Positions 1-8,281 of a stretch of 64,000 nt of DNA are shown piece by piece. How positions within the stretch are numbered: position 1 is the stretch's first letter; every line of letters starts with the position of its first letter. The DNA comes from Candidatus Poribacteria bacterium (GTDB lineage Bacteria > Poribacteria > WGA-4E > PCPOR2b), in NCBI GenBank assembly GCA_965218095.1, contig OZ244587.1, positions 288,001 to 352,000 of the forward strand, written 5' to 3'. The position numbers were made by a program, and so were the translations under genes. Under the pieces are notes generated by a model, which did no database searches, was not told the DNA's origin, and worked only from the letters and a program-made list of their open reading frames with translations.

Positions 1-1613
1 TCCTCAGATTCAAATTCTTCCGGCACGGGCCCGTAGAGCCCCGAAAGGGTAATTTTGTGAATCGCTCGTTGATTCTCCCCGAAGGCGGTCTGAAGCTTGG
101 TGTTGATGATAGTGTGTGTACGTGAAAGTGAATACGGCTTTTTCCCTGCACAGGGAATTGTCAAAAGGACCCTTTTATCCTTTGGAGGCGCGTAATTTGA
201 TGGAATGGCAAAGGAATCCGGCGTATAATCCAGCGAAATAGTCGGCTGTTCTTTCTGAAGATATGAAGCCGTTTCCTCTTTCAAAAGTGCCGGGAAAAGT
301 TCCAATTGATAAGGGTTTCTCTCGACCGTACGCCGATTTTCTGACGTGGAGACATCCACAACCGTTTTTGCCATCCGGCTGGCAAACGCTTCATTATTTT
401 TGATTAACCAGTCCACCGCCTTGCGGATGCCCCGCCCTGTCGAAGCATGATGGACTAATTCTTCGAGTGCGTCATCGGCTTCAATGGCGTCCTTCATACG
501 AGAAAGCAGCCCCGCTTCCAACTCGAAATTATGCAAGGCGATCGCCGCATAACATTCGCTCTTGTATTTTCCGGTCGAAGTCCGTTTATAGCTTGTCGCT
601 TCCATTAACGTGCGTTGCATTTCATCAAGTGAAACCTCCCGGCAGATGCGGCAGGTACAAGTCAGCTCGTCTAATTCCATGAGTTTTCGCTTCGCTCGCG
701 TCAGTGAATCTGAATAGTTGAGGCCACGTGCTGCTTGAATATAGCTGGTGCTGTCAAAGCTATCGACACCCATGTAAGCCAGTATAGGTGCCAATTCACC
801 GGAGACGCCGAAGGCGTGGATGGGGGTATGATGCCGCTCTGAATCTGGAATCGCTTTTTGAACTCCGCAGATCCGCTCAAGCACCGCCGAATCCTGTTTC
901 CCCCGCAGTGGTACTAAAGAGCCGACCGCAAGTCCAAATGAGGGCAGTACGCCCAAAAGCCGGTCGAAAACCTGCCTGACATAACTCTCAATATCCGATT
1001 GGGATTGTCCATGACAGCAAACGTATAGAAAGGGAGGGCGCGCTTTGGCTGTGAGCAACGTAGCCACGCGACAGGCATTCTCCAGACTTAGGTTCATCCG
1101 TTTCTCAGCTTCGGAGCGTTCTAAACCCGGTGGTAACGGATAATCTAAAGAAGCAATAATTTCTCCCCCAAAGTCTTCTTGAAGTGCGAGAATATCATCG
1201 GCTTCGGTTTCCTTTTCAATTCCAAATTCCTTTAGGTCTAACCCTGTGTTGTAAAGCAACTTAAATCCACCAGAGTCGAGAAACAGGGGGGCATTATAAA
1301 CACCGTTTACTTCTTGATACCATTCGCGCATTGTTTTTTGACGCCATTTTCTTAAATGTTTGCCCTCAAACGGGAAGTCCAAAAAGTGCAGGACTTGGGA
1401 TAACATCGGCGCATCGTGCTTCATCAAATCACGGAGAAGGTACTTCCAGATGCCACCGCCGCGCGGTGTTGAACCGGTCATAAATGCAATGACAGGGTAC
1501 AGAATCGGCGTTAATAAAGGTGACAACGGTTCGCCATTGCGTTGCAAACGAAGTTCACCGATTCTACCGCCTTTTCTCTGAACGGTTGTATGGTAAGTTG
1601 GAACTGTGTTCAT
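1..1613 (-). CDS. tRNA-guanine transglycosylase (TGT/DpdA)-fold protein with a C-terminal DUF5591-like domain; 3' end lies outside the window
   Basis: Not in the ORF track. Manual translation from ATG at 1613 stays open to position 1 (>=537 aa): MNTVPTYHTT...PLFLDSGGFKLL...ASLDYPLPPG...CCHGQ...GLAVGSLVP...PIHAFGVSG...GVDSFDSTSY...CTCRIC...IALHN, then LLTIPCAGKKPYSLSRTH...TLSGLYGPVPEEFE. Confidence 0.85.
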   Translation of the reverse strand, partial: MNTVPTYHTTVQRKGGRIGELRLQRNGEPLSPLLTPILYPVIAFMTGSTPRGGGIWKYLLRDLMKHDAPMLSQVLHFLDFPFEGKHLRKWRQKTMREWYQEVNGVYNAPLFLDSGGFKLLYNTGLDLKEFGIEKETEADDILALQEDFGGEIIASLDYPLPPGLERSEAEKRMNLSLENACRVATLLTAKARPPFLYVCCHGQSQSDIESYVRQVFDRLLGVLPSFGLAVGSLVPLRGKQDSAVLERICGVQKAIPDSERHHTPIHAFGVSGELAPILAYMGVDSFDSTSYIQAARGLNYSDSLTRAKRKLMELDELTCTCRICREVSLDEMQRTLMEATSYKRTSTGKYKSECYAAIALHNFELEAGLLSRMKDAIEADDALEELVHHASTGRGIRKAVDWLIKNNEAFASRMAKTVVDVSTSENRRTVERNPYQLELFPALLKEETASYLQKEQPTISLDYTPDSFAIPSNYAPPKDKRVLLTIPCAGKKPYSLSRTHTIINTKLQTAFGENQRAIHKITLSGLYGPVPEEFESE

Positions 1614-1726
1614 AGTATGGTGTTTTTCCGCCGGTCCATTTAAGAACTAGCGATGCAATGGGATTGAGCAGAATCCGTTCTAATTATCGAATCCATAGTG
1701 TCTTCTATGCAATTAGTTTCGTATCT

Positions 1727-2344
1727 TCAGAGGGACGAAAAAATGAACTGCTTGAGAAAAGTGGTTCTTGCATAAAAAGCCCTCGTTATACTGCCATGTC
1801 CCTTGCCTTTGGTCCTTGGCTGAATATATACTCCCATTTTTCCGGTTAAAGTTGAAAAACCCTTCGTGCGAATTGTCTCTCTTACGAGATCATAATCGGT
1901 TCTGATTTGATCGTAGATCTCGGGATTATCTAAGTCGAAGGCTTTCACGGTATAAAGTATAGATTGCTTTTCTTGTTTGCTCTCCCAAATTCTGGCAGCA
2001 ACGATTAGTTTCCTCAATTTGGCTAATAAATGGCTATTCTCAAAATCAGTACTTTTAACATTGTAGGCATCAATCATCGTAATTGCCATTGTTTCCTTGA
2101 CCGTCAGCTTTCCACTTTTTAGATACTTCAGAGGAATGATTTTTAGTTCCCAAGAGCCAAAATTTGGAGATTGAGAGGAGTTAATTGGTAAATTAAGGTG
2201 ACGTTCAAGAACGTGCCCTGCCCAACCTTTATTTGGTTTTCCTTCTTTGAAAACCGTTACCTCGTATTTATCAGCCAACAATCGAAGGTCTTGCCCGATA
2301 AGCTCAGACAATTTCAAGAGTGCTTCTTGTCTCTGCATATTCAA
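1727..2344 (-). CDS. MutH/Sau3AI-family endonuclease-like protein
   Basis: NKGWAGHVLERHL, SPNFGSWELKIIPL, KETMAITMI and QPRTKG...RAFY align by eye with MutH/Sau3AI motifs (KGW.G..LE, PDF...ELK.IP, RPK....RAF). Confidence 0.8.
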   Translation of the reverse strand: MNMQRQEALLKLSELIGQDLRLLADKYEVTVFKEGKPNKGWAGHVLERHLNLPINSSQSPNFGSWELKIIPLKYLKSGKLTVKETMAITMIDAYNVKSTDFENSHLLAKLRKLIVAARIWESKQEKQSILYTVKAFDLDNPEIYDQIRTDYDLVRETIRTKGFSTLTGKMGVYIQPRTKGKGHGSITRAFYARTTFLKQFIFSSL

Positions 2345-2366
2345 TTCCTCTACAATGAACGCCTAA

Positions 2367-3368
2367 TTACTCCGCGGGTAGCTCATTGAGGCGCTTTTGA
2401 GCAATCTGGTTATACAATTCCTCTTTCTCAATCATCACCCATTTTCGGTTATACTTTTCCGCGGCGATTCCGGTTGTCCCGGTCCCGGCAAATGGGTCGA
2501 GAATAAGGTCATCTTCATTGGTTCCCGCTAAGACGAGCCGCTCAACCACTGCCAACGGCTTTTGCGAAGAGTGTTTTCCATATTTTCGTTCGGAGGGCTT
2601 AGTCAGCGGAATTTCCCACATATTCCGCATCTGCTTGTTACTGTTCATCGCTTTCATCGTATGATAATTGAACGTCCAATTTTTTGCCTTCTTACTTTCA
2701 TTGTTGACTGCCCATAAGATGAACTCGGTAGACTCCGTAAACATCCGACAAGTAATATTGGGCTGTGCATTCGGTTTATACCAGACAATTTGGGTAATAA
2801 TCCGCCGGTCAAATATATTTTGAAGAATAAACCCAAGTGTAAAGATGCTGTGAAACGACCCAAAAACAAAGATATTCCCGTTTTCCTTGACAACTCTCAG
2901 GACTTCGGTGACCCAATCGAGTGTGAACTGGAAATATTCGTCTTTTGAAAAAATATCCCAACCTTCCTGCATGGTAATATGGGAACTGAACGCCCAGCCC
3001 AACCCCCTCTTTTGGGACATATTGAACGGAGGGTCAGCGATGCAGCAATCGAAGACGCTGTCCGGCAAAGAAGGCAGAATACTCAGGCAATCGCCGCATA
3101 AAATCTGATTGACGGAAAGATTTTCAAGTGTCGTGTCCGAAGATAAGGTGAGAACGGCTTTCGATGGGGCTGTCTGTATCTGATTTTCTGACGCGACTGT
3201 GGACTCCGCTCCCCGATCTGGGTCGAGAACAGGCTTCGGTAGGAGTGGATGGACTCCCGTTGCAAGATATTGAATCAGTTGGGCTTTATTTAACAACGAG
3301 TATCCTCTTAATCCACGTTTTTTCGCTTCTTTTCTCAGATCTTTGTCTCGCATTTGATGGAAATTCAT
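2367..3368 (-). CDS. Beta-class N4-C/N6-A DNA methyltransferase with an N-terminal Rho_N-like helix-extended-helix domain
   Basis: DPPF catalytic motif precedes the DPFAGTGTT SAM motif; HSSQKP; N-terminus DLRKEAKKRGLRGYSLLNKAQLI. Confidence 0.9.
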   Translation of the reverse strand: MNFHQMRDKDLRKEAKKRGLRGYSLLNKAQLIQYLATGVHPLLPKPVLDPDRGAESTVASENQIQTAPSKAVLTLSSDTTLENLSVNQILCGDCLSILPSLPDSVFDCCIADPPFNMSQKRGLGWAFSSHITMQEGWDIFSKDEYFQFTLDWVTEVLRVVKENGNIFVFGSFHSIFTLGFILQNIFDRRIITQIVWYKPNAQPNITCRMFTESTEFILWAVNNESKKAKNWTFNYHTMKAMNSNKQMRNMWEIPLTKPSERKYGKHSSQKPLAVVERLVLAGTNEDDLILDPFAGTGTTGIAAEKYNRKWVMIEKEELYNQIAQKRLNELPAE

Positions 3369-3402
3369 TGATTTTCACTCCCTCGATTCCTTGATAGACA
3401 GG

Positions 3403-5142
3403 TCAATCTTTTGATTCACCACAATCCATCTGTTGACGTAGTACCGTCGTTGCTTCTTCGTCTACCGACAGCGTTCCCTCGTCCAACACCACGCCATACG
3501 CATCCCGTGCTGCTTCAAGCGAAACCTTGCTGTTCTTGACGTCGCGGGCCACATCGGCCGGAGGACGTAAAAGCGGGTCGCCCCATCCCCCACCGCCAGC
3601 CTGACGATGATAAATCCGCTCACCGGCCTTCATTGATGTGGAGATCATTGTCCGCAACACTTCATCGCTCTCATTGGTGTGGTGGAGCAGGTTGATCGAA
3701 CCCCTACCCGGCTTCCCACCGTAGAGCCCGTAGGGCAGGTGGTCCCGTCGGTCAGACCGGATCACCAGATGCGCTTCGCCAGACAACAACTGCCATTCGC
3801 GTTCAAGGCCCAAGCCGCCGCGGAATTTTCCGGCACCGCCACTGTCCTGTACATACCCGTAGCGTTCGATGTGCACCGGATATTCGCATTCCGCCTGCTC
3901 AATTGGGATATTGCTCGCAACGTTGGCGGGGTTGCACAGTCCGTCGTTTCCATCACGGTCGGGGCGCGCTCCCCAAGTACCGGACATCAGTTCGTAGTAG
4001 ACATATGGCGTCCGATCCTCCCGCTGCCCGCCAATGATAACCAGGGTATTGCCCCCCTCGCCGGCGGCTAAAACACGGTCCGGCAGCAGCCCGGCTAACG
4101 CGCCAAAGACGGTGTCCGCCAACCGAAACCCGGTGATGCCGCGCATTGAGGAAGCCGCTGGCATGACGCCGTGAACCACTGTGCCTTTCGGCGCGATGAT
4201 TTCCAGCGGCTTGAACATGCCGGCCGTGTTCGGAATATCCTCACGCATCACCGAGCGGACGCATAGCGCAACCACCGATGCAGTGAAGGAGAGGGTATTG
4301 TTGATGGCGCCACGGACCTGTGGGTTTGTGCCGGTAAAATCAGCGGTAAGGGTGTCACCTGCCACCGTCATCGTTACCTTCAGGCGCACGGGTGGCCCGC
4401 CGACGCCATCGCTGTCCATGTAGTCCGTGAAGGTATGGCTGCCATCGGGCCAGGAGGCGATTTCTGCGCGGACGAGACGCTCGGTATAATCGATGAGGTC
4501 AACAGCACAAGTGGCAAACGTTTCCAGCCCATAACGTTGGATCAGCGTGTGCACCGCGCGCTCGCCGATGTGGCAGGCCGCCAGTTGCGCGCGTAAATCT
4601 CCGATAGCCATCTGCGGCACCCGGACATTCGCACGCAGGAGCGTGAAAATTGCCTCATCGGGTTCGCCACCACGATACAGTTTCAACCAGGGGATGCGGA
4701 AGCCATCCTGGAAGATTTCGGTATTATCACAGGCAGAGCTGCCAGGCAGGCGTCCGCCCAGGTCCAAATGATGAGCGGTGCTCACGGCGAATGCCACACG
4801 CTGGTCATCCCAGAAGACGGGTTTAACGATGAAGATATCCGGGATGTGCATCCCGCCGTCAAAGGGGTCGTTGAGGATAAAAACATCGCCGGGCTGTATA
4901 TCTCCGTCGAATTTCTTAAACAGTGTTTCCATCGCGAAGGGGACCGAACCAAGATGGAGGGGAATCGTGATGCCCTGCGCAATCATTTCGCCATTGGTGT
5001 CACACAGAGAGGTCGAGTAGTCCAGACAGTCCCGCACGATGGTCGAGTAGGCAGTGCGATATAGGGCCATTGCCATCTCATCAGCTGCTGATGCCAGTGC
5101 ATTCTGCATAATCTCGCGTGTAATCGGATCGATCTCAGACAT
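3403..5142 (-). CDS. Hydantoinase B / 5-oxoprolinase family subunit
   Basis: RTAYSTIVRDCLDYS, NDPFDGGMHIPD, HHLDLGG, SGGAGKFRGG and GGGGWGDP motifs. Confidence 0.92.
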   Translation of the reverse strand: MSEIDPITREIMQNALASAADEMAMALYRTAYSTIVRDCLDYSTSLCDTNGEMIAQGITIPLHLGSVPFAMETLFKKFDGDIQPGDVFILNDPFDGGMHIPDIFIVKPVFWDDQRVAFAVSTAHHLDLGGRLPGSSACDNTEIFQDGFRIPWLKLYRGGEPDEAIFTLLRANVRVPQMAIGDLRAQLAACHIGERAVHTLIQRYGLETFATCAVDLIDYTERLVRAEIASWPDGSHTFTDYMDSDGVGGPPVRLKVTMTVAGDTLTADFTGTNPQVRGAINNTLSFTASVVALCVRSVMREDIPNTAGMFKPLEIIAPKGTVVHGVMPAASSMRGITGFRLADTVFGALAGLLPDRVLAAGEGGNTLVIIGGQREDRTPYVYYELMSGTWGARPDRDGNDGLCNPANVASNIPIEQAECEYPVHIERYGYVQDSGGAGKFRGGLGLEREWQLLSGEAHLVIRSDRRDHLPYGLYGGKPGRGSINLLHHTNESDEVLRTMISTSMKAGERIYHRQAGGGGWGDPLLRPPADVARDVKNSKVSLEAARDAYGVVLDEGTLSVDEEATTVLRQQMDCGESKD

Positions 5143-5331
5143 TTTCAGGTTCCATAAACTAAAACGTAAAAAATGTGATAAATGCTAAAAGGTACAGTTG
5201 AAAAACGTCTACAAAGCATTAGGGAGGAAGATGGGCTGATTGTTTATCTAGCTTTCCATTCTTCCTCCCTTTCTGCCGATTCGTCTACTCATCGGCTTCC
5301 CTCTGGACACTTGTGATAATCCCTGTCAGCC

Positions 5332-5445
5332 TTATGAATTTTGACGTTTTTGTTGCAGTGCTAGCTTCTTCCTTTTGAGACACCGTTTTTGTTGATGTCG
5401 AATTTGTGTTCGTCGCCGAACCTTTCCACTTTTACTTCGTGCCAT
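5332..5445 (-). CDS. Small highly basic protein, 37 aa (MARSKSGKVRRRTQIRHQQKRCLKRKKLALQQKRQNS)
   Basis: Below the ORF-track cutoff. ATG at 5445 is preceded by a strong AAAGGAGG Shine-Dalgarno; TAA at 5334-5332. Confidence 0.65.
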   Translation of the reverse strand: MARSKSGKVRRRTQIRHQQKRCLKRKKLALQQKRQNS

Positions 5446-5520
5446 TGAATTACCTCCTTTAGCTTTCAGCTTATTAGGTGTAGCTCAACTTTCTAAATAA
5501 TTTTCAAAAAGAAAGTAATG

Positions 5521-5580
5521 GTTTGTATTAAGGCGATTCATCGCTGTCCCAAATGCGCAATGAATTGCGCTACTACAAAC
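5521..5580. repeat. GTAG-type REP-like palindrome
   Basis: GCGCAATGAATTGCGCTACTAC at 5555-5576 is the reverse complement (1 mismatch) of 23875-23896. Confidence 0.7.
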
Positions 5581-5681
5581 GGAATGTATAGTTTAATACT
5601 GAAAATTACTTAGTTGGCAAAGATTGGGTAAAACCAAGATAGAATCTTAGGCTACCTTACTTTGCAAATCGCAAATTGGTA

Positions 5682-6761
5682 TTATCCATCATCAACTGTT
5701 TTCGCTAGATAAAATAGAGCGTCACCGCACAGCTCTTCGACCTCTTCCATTGCAGCTTCCAACTGTTCTTTCGAGGAACATTGCAGTAGGAGCCGATCCG
5801 CGGTAAGTGTGATGTAACGCTGCGGATCTGTATAAAGGAACTCTACCTGCAGATTGGTCTCCTTGACAACCCGATACCCATTTCCTACCGAAATCGCATC
5901 ACGAATTTCCAATCCATGAAAATTATTGTATAACACTTTTGCCCGTAGATCTTCCGGCGAAACCTCCGGGAAAGGCTGGTCTGATTCCGCTTCGGCCGCC
6001 TGCTCCTTCGATTCGCGGAGTGCATCTTGATCGCTTGCCGAATCAACGATGTCTTCTTCATCACCAACTTTCGCTTCTTCCGAATCATCCGCCAATTCCT
6101 GTTCGTCAGCAGTTTCTTCCGCTTGACTCAACTTCAGTACATCAGAAAGGACGCTCTGCACCGTGTCAGGTGTTTCTGGCATCGGCTGTGGGTGTGCCAG
6201 TATTTGCTCAAGAGTTCGCGCACAGAGTTTGAAGACAAATGGATGAAACGCAAGCGCCTCTGGGTCAGCGATTTCAAAAAGCGATCTCGCAACGAGCGCA
6301 ACTTCCGCCTTCTCCCGGTACCCCATCCGTGTTAGGCGTGTTTCACATGCTTTGAGCGAATGCAACATGGTGCTGATAAAATCCGGGGTAATCAGTTCAG
6401 GCAACACTTCAAAACGGAACCTGTCGCTGATTTCTTCAGGGTCCTCCTCATCTTCTCGTATTGATTTGGTGTCATCTACATTGTCTTCATCTTCCAGGAA
6501 GGGGATATCGGACGCAAGCAATTCCAGCGTCTTTTCGCACAACAGATCCTGATCAAAAGTTACATTTTCAAACTCAGGTTCATCAAGCAGTAGTTTGCTC
6601 TTCATGATTTTGTCCTGTAACATTTCTTCATCGGACCTCGCGGTTTGTAATGCCCGTTGCTTTTGAAGAGCCAACTGCTTGCGCCTGGATTTTTGATTTT
6701 GTTGACGCTTTTCTCGTTTACGTGCAATGTTGAGACGCCGATTTTTCTTTTTTTTAGCCAT
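5682..6761 (-). CDS. Hypothetical protein with a very basic N-terminus and an acidic body
   Basis: 359-aa ORF with a consensus promoter upstream; no family recognised. Confidence 0.75.
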   Translation of the reverse strand: MAKKKKNRRLNIARKREKRQQNQKSRRKQLALQKQRALQTARSDEEMLQDKIMKSKLLLDEPEFENVTFDQDLLCEKTLELLASDIPFLEDEDNVDDTKSIREDEEDPEEISDRFRFEVLPELITPDFISTMLHSLKACETRLTRMGYREKAEVALVARSLFEIADPEALAFHPFVFKLCARTLEQILAHPQPMPETPDTVQSVLSDVLKLSQAEETADEQELADDSEEAKVGDEEDIVDSASDQDALRESKEQAAEAESDQPFPEVSPEDLRAKVLYNNFHGLEIRDAISVGNGYRVVKETNLQVEFLYTDPQRYITLTADRLLLQCSSKEQLEAAMEEVEELCGDALFYLAKTVDDG

Positions 6762-6824
6762 CTTTGACCTGATTTTCGACTGTGTGGGATGAAATCATTC
6801 CGAGAAAGAGTTTAGACTCAGGAA

Positions 6825-6853
6825 AGTATACAGAAAGAAGCTGGAATTGTCAA
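6825..6853 (-). promoter_or_regulatory. Sigma70-type promoter
   Basis: TTGACA-17 bp-TATACT on the minus strand, upstream of 6761. Confidence 0.7.
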
Positions 6854-7352
6854 CACCGATCAAGAGATACTTCTATCTTGTCTTTCCTTTCCCCAAAAAA
6901 TGTAAAATTTCTTTTTGAAAAGTCAGCAAGTAAGCAAGTTTAAAAAATATCTGTGCCTTTTTATCCAGTCCACCAAGAACTGGGAACTCAGAACTAGGAG
7001 TTGGGGAAATGGATCCCGCTAGATCCAAGCTCCTAGCACCCCGTACCATCTTTGGCAATGAAAGTGGAAAATCTTAATTCGAACGTAACTGTTCAGATGG
7101 TGAAAACGAAGAAGAGCTTTGACGCAATCCTTCGACAAGCTCAGAGCCTATCCCCGATGGATCGGGAGACAAGTTCTAACAGATCGCGCAACAACGCTAC
7201 AGATTATACTTGCGCTGCCTACCTGAACGGTTACCCTGACACCTTAATGGCGAATTTAATGATTGACAAATTTTGGGACAGGCTGATACAATGTACAAAA
7301 TGAATGAGATTCGTCAGCAAACACAATCTGGTCACAAAGAAAGATAATCAGC

Positions 7353-7925
7353 GTGAAAGGCTTTTTCGTTTATTTCCTCATATTCGTTGGCTTGTCGATT
7401 ATTTTGCCTTTGGCGGTGCTATAGGCCCAAAATCCGCAAGCGACAGCGAAACCGTCTCAAATTTTCGACTTGAGGACGTTTCTCAGTGTTCTGTTACCGG
7501 TGACGGTGCCAATCGTTGCAGCGGCGATTATCGGTTATTTCGGGATTAAGCCTGATCTGAAAGTTGTTCAGCGTGATGTGGGGTATATGCAAGCAAGCAT
7601 TGGTCAAATCGAGAGCAGACTGGAAAGATCAGGTAAGCGGGCGGATGAATTTGAAGCAAGGATGCACAGATTTGAAGTCGCTTTTACAAAGGTTATCGAT
7701 GGTATTGAACTTTTTGACCAAAAGTTTACCATTAGTCTTGAAAATCTTGACCAAAGGCTTGAAAGCGATATCGCCCACCTGAACGGGAAGATTGACACGT
7801 CTATTAAGCATCTTGGCCAAAAGTTTACCGCTAGTATTGAAGGGTTGAACCAAAAAATCAATAGTAATACTGAACTCCTGACCCAAAAGCTTGACATGCT
7901 AATAGAAGCATCGAAAGGCGGCTGA
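7353..7925 (+). pseudogene. Membrane-anchored coiled-coil protein with an in-frame TAG after its signal peptide
   Basis: GTG 7353 gives KGFFVYFLIFVGLSIILPLAVL*AQNPQ, continuing in frame into ORF 7470..7925 (TM helix, then 11-residue-like repeats LDQRLESDI/LGQKFTASI/LNQKINSNT). TAG at 7422-7424. Confidence 0.6.
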
Positions 7926-7964
7926 CGACCGAAGCGCTGCGTCATGAGGTCGGCGCAAACACCG

Positions 7965-8003
7965 AAAGAGCCCAACAGGGAATATCCCTCCGGGCTCTTT
8001 TTT
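7965..8003 (+). terminator. Rho-independent terminator
   Basis: AAAGAGCCC...GGGCTCTTTTTT stem with a U-tract. Confidence 0.7.
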
Positions 8004-8017
8004 AATGGAGGTTCGCA

Positions 8018-8281
8018 ATGACAATAGATGAAGCCCGAAAATGGATTGAGCAGAAGGTACTATGGGAAGTTCCAGGAGGCAAAGAATACAATGATCATGT
8101 TCGGCTTGTGATAGAGACCATACGAAGTTTTTCCGCCTTTGATGCAGTTCGAGATGAGGCTGAGAGTCAGGTGTTTACAGCTCAATCTCTTGAGGAAAAG
8201 TCAGATTTCCTTCCCTTTCTGATCGATTGCTCACGACACAAAGATTATGCAGGTTTGGCTTATGAAATCCTGTCCCAATAG
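8018..8281 (+). CDS. Hypothetical protein
   Basis: GGAGG RBS; 87-aa ORF overlapping the lnt start. Confidence 0.55.
   Translation: MTIDEARKWIEQKVLWEVPGGKEYNDHVRLVIETIRSFSAFDAVRDEAESQVFTAQSLEEKSDFLPFLIDCSRHKDYAGLAYEILSQ

Noticed and set aside
860-910. Frameshift in the TGT-like gene at the C5 run
   Set aside because: Recounting gives CTG CGG GGG AAA in frame; the ORF is continuous.
467-1849. Short plus-strand ORFs in the track (467, 788, 1360, 1658), and similar antisense ORFs across the window
   Set aside because: They are shadows of well-supported genes on the other strand or frame and show no motifs.
5332-5445. Ribosomal protein S21 or L34
   Set aside because: Basic composition only; I could not match the family motifs.
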